Shown: piece by piece, positions 57,800-63,767 of the stretch | Numbering within the stretch: the stretch's first letter is position 1 | Layout of the letters: each line of letters opens with the position of its first letter | IMG/VR virus record: IMGVR_UViG_3300028797_000108 | Span: 32,001-96,000 of that record | DNA: 64,000 nt | From: a virus | Taxonomy: Duplodnaviria > Caudoviricetes | Reading direction: 5' to 3' (one strand) | Position numbers and translations under genes: made by a program | The notes under the pieces: generated by a model | Databases searched by the model: none | The model's input: the letters and a program-made list of their open reading frames with translations, nothing else | Told to the model about the DNA's origin: nothing

Positions 57800-57835
57800 T
57801 TGACGGAGATTTGAAAATTTGTTAAATTATAAATA
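57800..57835 (+). promoter_or_regulatory. overlapping early and late promoters
   Basis: TTGACG-N17-TAAATT, overlapping TATAAATA at 57828-57835. Confidence 0.7.
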
Positions 57836-57858
57836 CTTACAACTGAGAGGTTGAACTC

Positions 57859-58281
57859 ATGATGACAAAAGACGAAGTTATCGCTTGGATGCGAGACACG
57901 GCGTCACTGTCAGGCTTGAACTTTGAGACCGAGAGTGCTATGAACGGTACTCGCTATCACCTATTGAAGCGAGTCCAGAAATACAATTCTTGGATGGGTA
58001 ACATGCGTGACGTAATGTTCGCCACTTTTTACGAAGATGGCAGCATGACCTTGCATCACCCACACAATTTCAGGTTCAGTCAAAAGGATGAACTTATTGA
58101 CTACGAACGGACATACGCAGAAGGTTTCGGCGATCTGAACGAAATTGATCCTAAGGTCCTGAATGAATACCGAGCATATGTATGTAAGGGCGCAGCCGAT
58201 ATGGACAAGCAAAAAGTGCTAGGCCATCAGGAACGTAAGATCAAACAGCTCCGCGCCGAAAGGGCGAATGGATTGAAATAA
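57859..58281 (+). CDS. hypothetical protein
   Basis: GAGG SD. Confidence 0.7.
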   Translation: MMTKDEVIAWMRDTASLSGLNFETESAMNGTRYHLLKRVQKYNSWMGNMRDVMFATFYEDGSMTLHHPHNFRFSQKDELIDYERTYAEGFGDLNEIDPKVLNEYRAYVCKGAADMDKQKVLGHQERKIKQLRAERANGLK

Positions 58282-58297
58282 CAACAAGAGGCAAAAG

Positions 58298-58447
58298 ATG
58301 AAACAGAAACGTGAAAAACATATTGAAACTCAAGAAGAAAAAGAAGCTCGCTGGGCAAAAGCCAAAAAGCAAGCGAGGTCTTTTGCCAGACAAGCGGGCA
58401 TAAAGATTGACCGCAAACCGAAGCTTACAGAATTATACGACTACTAG
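58298..58447 (+). CDS. 49-aa basic peptide
   Basis: GAGG SD; MKQKREKHIETQEEKEARWAKAKKQARSFARQAGIKIDRKPKLTELYDY. Confidence 0.55.
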   Translation: MKQKREKHIETQEEKEARWAKAKKQARSFARQAGIKIDRKPKLTELYDY

Positions 58448-58452
58448 TCTCA

Positions 58453-58536
58453 GGCCTTATGGCGGAACTGGTAGACGCTGGGGACTTAAAATCCCCTGCC
58501 AGTAATGGCGTCCGGGTTCGAGTCCCGGTGGGGCCA
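58453..58536 (+). tRNA. tRNA-Leu(TAA)
   Basis: Cloverleaf, loop CTTAAAA, long variable arm. Confidence 0.95.
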
Positions 58537-58545
58537 TACATTTTT

Positions 58546-58677
58546 CGGGCGATAGTTCAAGCGGTCGGGAATACTTTCCGAGTAAAACAGAACGATCTCA
58601 GACCTTCGTGCTAGGTCGCGAGAAAACACGAAGTTAGGACGATAGACTTCCCTGGGTTCAAGTCCTGGGGCGCTCGC
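58546..58677 (+). ncRNA. tRNA-like RNA with expanded D-loop and anticodon arm
   Basis: Acceptor CGGGCG/CGCTCG, D-stem GTTC/GAAC, T-arm CTGGG-TTCAAGT-CCTGG; extra hairpins inserted in D and anticodon regions. Confidence 0.7.
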
Positions 58678-58687
58678 TAGCTTTTAT

Positions 58688-58761
58688 ACCCTAGTAGCTC
58701 AACTGGATAGAGCAACGCTCTTCTAAAGCGTGGGTTGCAGGTTCGAGTCCTGCCTAGGGTA
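58688..58761 (+). tRNA. tRNA-Arg(TCT)
   Basis: Cloverleaf, loop CTTCTAA. Confidence 0.95.
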
Positions 58762-58768
58762 CTTCTTT

Positions 58769-58840
58769 GAGGGTAAAGCTTTGACGGTGAAGCAATAGAC
58801 TTTTAATCTATGGAACCGGCTTCGAGCTCCGGTACCCTCA
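58769..58840 (+). tRNA. tRNA-Lys(TTT), atypical T-arm and A8
   Basis: GAGGGTA/TACCCTC acceptor, loop CTTTTAA. Confidence 0.8.
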
Positions 58841-58850
58841 CTAAATTTCT

Positions 58851-58921
58851 TGCCGGTTCGTATAGCGGTAGTATAGGGGACTTTGAATCCTTTGGCGTTG
58901 GTCCGACTCCAGCACCGGCAG
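58851..58921 (+). tRNA. tRNA-Gln(TTG)
   Basis: Loop CTTTGAA; T-loop TCCGACT. Confidence 0.9.
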
Positions 58922-58985
58922 CTATAGATCACGAGGTGTGCAAATCCCTCAAGCAGAGTGAACTGCGATAACAAGTTAAACTCAA

Positions 58986-59058
58986 CGGCAGATAGCACAA
59001 TGGTTAGTGCAGCGGACTCATAACCCGCCGGTTGAAGGTTCAAATCCTTCTTTGCCGA
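58986..59058 (+). tRNA. tRNA-Met or Ile2 (CAT)
   Basis: Loop CTCATAA; C1-G72 paired (elongator type). Confidence 0.85.
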
Positions 59059-59119
59059 TAGTTAATAAACTGTTGATAAAACTGTGCATTAACTGTATAA
59101 TTCAAATTTTGAACTATTC

Positions 59120-59145
59120 ATGGCGCCCTAAAAAGCGCCATTTTT
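59120..59145 (+). terminator. intrinsic terminator
   Basis: ATGGCGC-CCTAAAAA-GCGCCAT followed by TTTT. Confidence 0.75.
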
Positions 59146-59286
59146 CTATCTCAAAACGATGAAATTTAAGCAGTTATATTACAGTAATTTACAGTAAACC
59201 GCGTAGATTGTGTTGATTTAAGCACTGTTGATATATTGTCAATTTGATCATAAATCACTGTAAATAAAAAATTTACATTTCTACCA

Positions 59287-59315
59287 TTGACGGACTTCCA
59301 GATAGTTGTTATATT
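59287..59315 (+). promoter_or_regulatory. early promoter
   Basis: TTGACG-N17-TATATT followed by TTACTCGTAAATTGAAAACAA, identical to the region after the 50958 promoter. Confidence 0.85.
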
Positions 59316-59351
59316 TTACTCGTAAATTGAAAACAACAAGGAAACTGGAAT

Positions 59352-59543
59352 ATGAACAAACAAGAACTGATCCGCGCGCTGATTGAAACCGCCGAAAAGG
59401 AAGGCTCAAACATTCATTTTGACCATCAATTTGGGTGGGACGGTTTTGTTGATTCCAACGGCGAATTCTGGGCTACCGACGGTCACTCCGTCTCCGAAAT
59501 TTGTCGCAGAATTTTCAGTGCCTGTCAGGAAGAATTCATCTAA
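59352..59543 (+). CDS. hypothetical protein
   Basis: First ORF after promoter. Confidence 0.6.
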   Translation: MNKQELIRALIETAEKEGSNIHFDHQFGWDGFVDSNGEFWATDGHSVSEICRRIFSACQEEFI

Positions 59544-59555
59544 GGAGAACCGACA

Positions 59556-60128
59556 ATGATTTTGAAAATCAACTACGCTCGTGCCCTTTACGTTGAATCT
59601 GACACGATCTATCCGGAAGGTCCCAACAGCGACCACACCTATCAAACGGTGCGCTGCGACGGCCGCATCCGCAAGACCTGTTGGTTCCGCCTCGGTGAAG
59701 CATTCTTGAAGTTCCCCGAACATCGCGCGGTCACCCGCAAGGAAATCGCCGCAGTGATGGAACATACCTTCAGCCCTGACGGCACAAAGGATTGGGGCAC
59801 GGGTATCTGGAGTCCGGATATGTGGACGACCTTCGTTCATGATGGCTTCATCAAGAAGTTTCAGAACGGAAATCGCTTCACCTATATGCTCTCCGATTGG
59901 GGTCGCAGGACTACCATCGCAGCGCAGCGCGACTTCAGCAAGGAATTCACGAAGGCAACGCTTCGCATTCAGGCTATGCCCAAATCGGTTGAAGAAGCCA
60001 AGCAGCTCGTCAAGATCAAGTTTGACAAGCACGAGAATTACCTCGCCCGCAAGGCCGCAGGTTTTCCGAAAAAGAAGGCTCGCCTCGCAAAGGCTGCCCT
60101 CCGCGCTGAAGCAAAAATTTTGAAATAA
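59556..60128 (+). CDS. hypothetical basic protein (possible winged helix)
   Basis: AAGGAG SD; VTRKEIA...DGFIKK...YMLSDWG resembles a wHTH. Confidence 0.65.
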   Translation: MILKINYARALYVESDTIYPEGPNSDHTYQTVRCDGRIRKTCWFRLGEAFLKFPEHRAVTRKEIAAVMEHTFSPDGTKDWGTGIWSPDMWTTFVHDGFIKKFQNGNRFTYMLSDWGRRTTIAAQRDFSKEFTKATLRIQAMPKSVEEAKQLVKIKFDKHENYLARKAAGFPKKKARLAKAALRAEAKILK

Positions 60129-60153
60129 AATGAAAAAAATTCAAAATTTACCC

Positions 60154-60182
60154 TTGACAGTTCAAAATTAAATTGTTATATT
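60154..60182 (+). promoter_or_regulatory. early promoter
   Basis: TTGACA-N17-TATATT. Confidence 0.85.
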
Positions 60183-60496
60183 TTAACTGTTGAAATTGAA
60201 CAACTACTGCCTCTGGTTCAACGCCGCGGGCCACGCAGGACAACAAAAACCCACGCGGTTCACCTACTGCCCATCCTAGGAAGGGCGACAACTTGGAGAT
60301 TGAAATGAAACTTTTGACGTGTATGTAGAACGGTTTGAGCTTTCATCGTATCAGCTCATCAATGATTGGGGCGATGAAGGCGAGCGGATTTTGATCCCAC
60401 CGTTGCGGTAGGCCTAGATGAGCGTTGCTCGAGTTGCAGAAGATCCTCGGAAAAATCTTCACGGGCGTCACCCGGAAAAAATTGACAAAAATACCC

Positions 60497-60525
60497 TTGA
60501 CAGTTTCAGAAAACTATTTTATATT
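60497..60525 (+). promoter_or_regulatory. early promoter for the tRNA/ncRNA operon
   Basis: TTGACA-N17-TATATT, embedded in an inverted repeat (60497-60538). Confidence 0.75.
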
Positions 60526-60611
60526 TGATACTGTCAAAACAAAATCAATCCCGAGCGGATTTGATTGCAGCTTGAAATAGCGGAAACACAAGATTTTGAA
60601 AAGTTGTTGTT

Positions 60612-60619
60612 TATAAATA
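60612..60619 (+). promoter_or_regulatory. late promoter TATAAATA upstream of the tRNA operon
   Basis: Exact consensus at the apex of inverted repeat 60602-60631. Confidence 0.7.
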
Positions 60620-60637
60620 TGAATAACAACTGAACAT

Positions 60638-60710
60638 GCCTCGGTGGCGCAATTGGTAGCGCAGCGGACTCTTAATCCGTGGGTTGAAGGTTCGAGTCCT
60701 TCCCGGGGCA
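60638..60710 (+). tRNA. tRNA-Lys(CTT)
   Basis: Loop CTCTTAA. Confidence 0.95.
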
Positions 60711-60909
60711 CTACTGGACAAGATCGCGTCAAACTGAAGAGGATTGTTAGTAGTAGCGAAGTACAAGCTATGAACAGGGTTGCTAGTAGGTTTGATGGCA
60801 ACGCGTGCAGACCCCACCGATGAGGAGGGGTGAACTGCAGAGGAACCCGACCTGGGGGCGCATCGGGGTGAGTCTTGACAATTTGATGAAAGCGAATCAT
60901 CGCAAGTCG

Positions 60910-60987
60910 TTGGATGTAGTTATAAATGGAAAAACAGGGTCCGCTTCGGCGAGCTCATAATTGTGGGTCCGACTCCCACCGTCCGTA
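60910..60987 (+). ncRNA. tRNA-like RNA with anticodon loop replaced by a cUUCGg tetraloop
   Basis: Acceptor TGGATG/CGTCCG; D GTT..AAC; arm GGGT-C-CGC-TTCG-GCG-A-GCTC; T-arm GTGGG-TCCGACT-CCCAC. Confidence 0.75.
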
Positions 60988-61117
60988 AAACGATTCTGTG
61001 AGTAGTCAAAGGGCTAATCTAAAGCTTGCCTCCAATGCGAAAAAAGCTGAGCGTGCCACCGGCGAGCGATGGTGGGGTTACAGCATAACCACAAAGCTGC
61101 ACAATGCAAGATCGCCT

Positions 61118-61199
61118 TCGGCAGATAGTTCAAGCGTAGAACATCGGGTTGTCCCCGAAGATTACTGGGTAAAAGCCAAGGCTACCAGAAGTCACCGAT
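61118..61199 (+). ncRNA. degenerate tRNA-like RNA (5-nt anticodon loop, remodelled T-loop)
   Basis: TCGGCAGA-TA-GTTC-AAGCGTA-GAAC-A-TCGGG-TTGTC-CCCGA ... CTGG..CCAG ... TCACCGA. Confidence 0.55.
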
Positions 61200-61326
61200 T
61201 GTTGCATATCCTGCTTGGGTCGCGGTTGGTCCCGTGAGACTCGCTCAGGCTTGGTTGAAGGTTCAACAAGTAAAAGAGGACTTAGGCTTGCTTGGCGCCT
61301 TAAGCCTAACCAGCACAAGCATTATT

Positions 61327-61400
61327 GGGGTCATAGCTCAATTTGGTAGAGCACTAGCTTTGCAAGCTAGGGGTTCCGGGTTCGAGTCCCGGTGGCTCCA
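61327..61400 (+). tRNA. tRNA-Ala(TGC)
   Basis: Loop TTTGCAA; G3-U70. Confidence 0.95.
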
Positions 61401-61411
61401 CGAAACATTTC

Positions 61412-61773
61412 GGGCTCCCTCCGCCATTTGCAAGTAAGACAAAGAAGGCACGACAAACCGAAAGTAGTTACATTGGTTGCTCTTTGTGGCTGCGATCTTG
61501 GTCCTTCCTAATGAAAGTACCATACAAAGGAGTAGGTAGATCCGTGAAGGAATCGCTCTAAGCTGGAGTAGATCGGATCGGGAATCGCTGAAACGACCGA
61601 AGATGCCTATAACAGAAAGGTTGATGGTGTGCAGCTAGCACTGTCGCTGAAGTAAATGTGCGGCATTGGAAGGATGGAAACGGTGAGGCGGTATACTGAT
61701 GGGACAGGGATAAGCTCCTGACTTTTAGGTATATGTGGTAGCCACTGTGGAGGTTCAAATCCTTCGGTGCCCA
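61412..61773 (+). ncRNA. ~360-nt RNA closed by a tRNA-like acceptor stem and T-arm
   Basis: 5' GGGCTCC pairs with 3' GGTGCCC-A (one mismatch); T-arm GGAGG-TTCAAAT-CCTTC; variable arm GTGG-TAG-CCAC; followed by CTA like the true tRNAs. Confidence 0.65.
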
Positions 61774-61784
61774 CTAATTATTAT

Positions 61785-61858
61785 TGGATTGTAGCTCAGT
61801 TTGGTAGAGCGGTCGGCTGTTAACCGATTGGTCGCAGGTTCGAGTCCTGCCTTTCCAG
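61785..61858 (+). tRNA. tRNA-Asn(GTT)
   Basis: Loop CTGTTAA; two U-U mismatches in the acceptor stem. Confidence 0.9.
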
Positions 61859-61885
61859 CTAAACGCCGATTAGGCAACATTTTCT

Positions 61886-61961
61886 GTGCTATAGCCGTCC
61901 GCAGGAATCGGACGCCGGCAGTCGCCGGAAATCAGTGGTTCAATTCCACTCGTAGCCACCA
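61886..61961 (+). ncRNA. tRNA-like RNA with 4-nt anticodon loop and encoded CCA
   Basis: D CGTCCG-CAGGAAT-CGGACG; arm CCGGC-AGTC-GCCGG; T AGTGG-TTCAATT-CCACT; ends GTAGCCACCA. Confidence 0.75.
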
Positions 61962-62075
61962 AAGGAAATGGCTTGGTTAAGATAACCTCAACATCAAGTA
62001 GCCGAAAGGTGTGGGACACTTGACGATCAGACAACTCGAGTAATGCTGAACGCTTGAGTCCCAGCGCTTTTGATT

Positions 62076-62148
62076 GCCTGTATAGCTCAGCTGGTAGAGC
62101 AGCGGCTTTGTAACCCGCAGGTCGGGGGTTCGGATCCCTCTGCAGGCG
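62076..62148 (+). tRNA. tRNA-Thr(TGT)
   Basis: Loop TTTGTAA. Confidence 0.9.
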
Positions 62149-62286
62149 CTAATGGTTGAATGTTGGGTATCCTATAGGAATAAACAATAGCCTATAGGTG
62201 GACCGAGCCCCGTTCTGTAATGGGATGGGTGCCCGCATTTCACAATGCCGGTAGTCCGGTGGTGGCGGAACCACCTTAAAAACTTG

Positions 62287-62361
62287 CGGGCTGTAGCTCA
62301 GTCTGGCTAGAGCACTTGATTTGGGATCAAGGGGTCGTGGGTTCAAATCCCGCCAGCCCGA
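62287..62361 (+). tRNA. tRNA-Pro(TGG)
   Basis: Loop TTTGGGA. Confidence 0.95.
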
Positions 62362-62370
62362 TAACATTAT

Positions 62371-62443
62371 TGCGGAGTGGAGCAGTGGTTAGCTCGGCAG
62401 CCTCATAAGCTGAAGGTCGTGGGTTCAAGTCCCACCTCCGCTA
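62371..62443 (+). tRNA. tRNA-Met(CAT), initiator-like
   Basis: U1xU72 mismatch, fMet-like D-arm GGAGCAG..AGCTC, loop CTCATAA. Confidence 0.9.
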
Positions 62444-62455
62444 CTAAAAGTATTT

Positions 62456-62541
62456 GCCAGTGCGCCGACGTTGGAGAGTCGGACCGGACTGTAAATCCGG
62501 GGCCCTCACGGGCTTTGGTGGTTCAAATCCACCCTCTGGCA
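62456..62541 (+). tRNA. tRNA-Tyr(GTA)
   Basis: Loop CTGTAAA, long variable arm. Confidence 0.9.
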
Positions 62542-62555
62542 CGAAAAGAATTTTT

Positions 62556-62627
62556 GGCTCCTTGGTCTAGAGGTTAGGACACCACATTTTCAATGTGAGA
62601 ACCCGGGTTCGAGTCCCGGAGGAGCTA
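62556..62627 (+). tRNA. tRNA-Glu(TTC)
   Basis: Loop TTTTCAA. Confidence 0.9.
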
Positions 62628-62634
62628 CTAAGCC

Positions 62635-62709
62635 TCGGATGGCATCGTTTGATTATGGCAAGACGCCCACGCGAAGTGGGAAAGAGCGGTCCGAATCCGC
62701 TTGCCTGAA
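62635..62709 (+). ncRNA. tRNA-like RNA with 5-nt anticodon loop and bulged acceptor
   Basis: TCG(GAT)GGCA/TGCCTGA; D CGTTT..AGACG; arm CCCAC-GCGAA-GTGGG; T AGCGG-TCCGAAT-CCGCT. Confidence 0.7.
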
Positions 62710-62786
62710 CAGTGAGTACACGGTCTGGGGCTAGGAGCAAAAAGCTGAGAGACGTCGTAGGTGTATTGCTCCGGTACTTTTGAATT

Positions 62787-62857
62787 GGGTTCATAGTTTA
62801 ATGGATGAATACCGGCTTGTCACGCCGGCGGTACGGGATCGTGACCCGTTGGACCCG
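62787..62857 (+). tRNA. tRNA-Asp(GTC), atypical T-loop ATCGTGA
   Basis: Loop TTGTCAC. Confidence 0.85.
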
Positions 62858-63086
62858 CTAAAAATTGCTGTTTGACAAATCAGGTGAACTGCAGATAGCC
62901 TGAGGCGTTGATTGCGGTTTGAGGTCCGGCGACGGCTGGATGCAAAGGAATAGCCGGAAGCGCGGTTCTAGAGGAAGTTCCTCAGGAGCCGGTGAAGGGA
63001 GGCCCCAAAAGGGCATTAAAACAACGGCGGGAAGGCACCCTCTAAAGAGCTCTGAATATGCAGCCCTCAGAGCAAACAGCAACTAT

Positions 63087-63160
63087 CGGCATGCATAACG
63101 ATTGGTTCGTTTGCCACTCTGATAAGGTGGAGATTGAAGGTTCAACTCCTTCCGTGCCGA
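63087..63160 (+). tRNA. tRNA-Ile(GAT), atypical D-arm
   Basis: Loop CTGATAA; T GAAGG-TTCAACT-CCTTC. Confidence 0.85.
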
Positions 63161-63228
63161 CTAAAGATACTTACAGCAAAGTTATCAACATTCTTTTTTT
63201 GGTAGAATCGCAAAGGTATCTTGATTAT

Positions 63229-63301
63229 GCCGCGGTAGCCTAGGTGGTCATGGCGCGGGACTGAAAATCCTGAGATGTTGGTCCGATTCCAACCCTCGGC
63301 A
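63229..63301 (+). tRNA. tRNA-Phe(GAA)
   Basis: Loop CTGAAAA; T-loop TCCGATT. Confidence 0.9.
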
Positions 63302-63314
63302 CTAAAACAATTAT

Positions 63315-63386
63315 AGCGGGGAGAGGATGGTTCCTCCGCCGGTCTCATAAGCCGTGCTTCTGCAGGTTCGAGTCCTGCCGCCGCTA
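63315..63386 (+). tRNA. tRNA-Met(CAT) with shortened D-arm
   Basis: Loop CTCATAA; T GCAGG-TTCGAGT-CCTGC. Confidence 0.8.
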
Positions 63387-63390
63387 CTAT

Positions 63391-63474
63391 GGCCTACTGG
63401 CGGAACTGGTAGACGCGCCTGACTTAGGATCAGGTGCCCGTGAGGGCGTGGGAGTTCGAGTCTCTCGTAGGTCA
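63391..63474 (+). tRNA. tRNA-Leu(TAG)
   Basis: Loop CTTAGGA, long variable arm. Confidence 0.95.
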
Positions 63475-63494
63475 CTAAAACACAAGGAGTTATT

Positions 63495-63701
63495 ATGACT
63501 GAACAAGAAGCAAAAAGAGCAAAAGAAATTGAAGCAATGCTGAATTGGAATTTGCAGCGATCCCAGGCCTTGGGTGAATTCCCTTTGCCCGTCACTTGTG
63601 GTATCACTCAGATCTTTAACTGCGTTCAGTCTGAAAGGGCGGCTGCTTGGAAGCGCAAGAATGATATTGCGAACGGGCGAGTCCCTGATTCGGTTCCGTA
63701 G
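63495..63701 (+). CDS. 68-aa hypothetical protein inside the tRNA operon
   Basis: AAGGAG SD; its stop codon lies inside the next tRNA. Confidence 0.6.
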   Translation: MTEQEAKRAKEIEAMLNWNLQRSQALGEFPLPVTCGITQIFNCVQSERAAAWKRKNDIANGRVPDSVP

Positions 63702-63767
63702 CTCAGTCGGATTTAGAGCGCCACGCTACGAACGTGGAGGTCCCAGGTTCGAGTCCTGGCGGAACTA
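63692..63767 (+). tRNA. tRNA-Arg(ACG)
   Basis: Loop CTACGAA. Confidence 0.95.

Noticed and set aside
48332-60525. Host assignment (for example a Fibrobacter-like gut anaerobe) from the TATATT promoters and early-gene codon usage
   Set aside because: This is only an impression and cannot be supported without tRNA, CRISPR-spacer or homology searches.
61412-61773. Calling this a tmRNA (ssrA)
   Set aside because: No G3-U70, no tmRNA-type 5' D-loop consensus, no convincing tag ORF, and the insert sits at the D-arm position. Kept as an unknown ncRNA.
62971-62983. RNase P RNA call from GAGGAAGTTCC
   Set aside because: The motif is self-complementary here, and no 3' ACAGAA..GGCTTA P4 partner was found.
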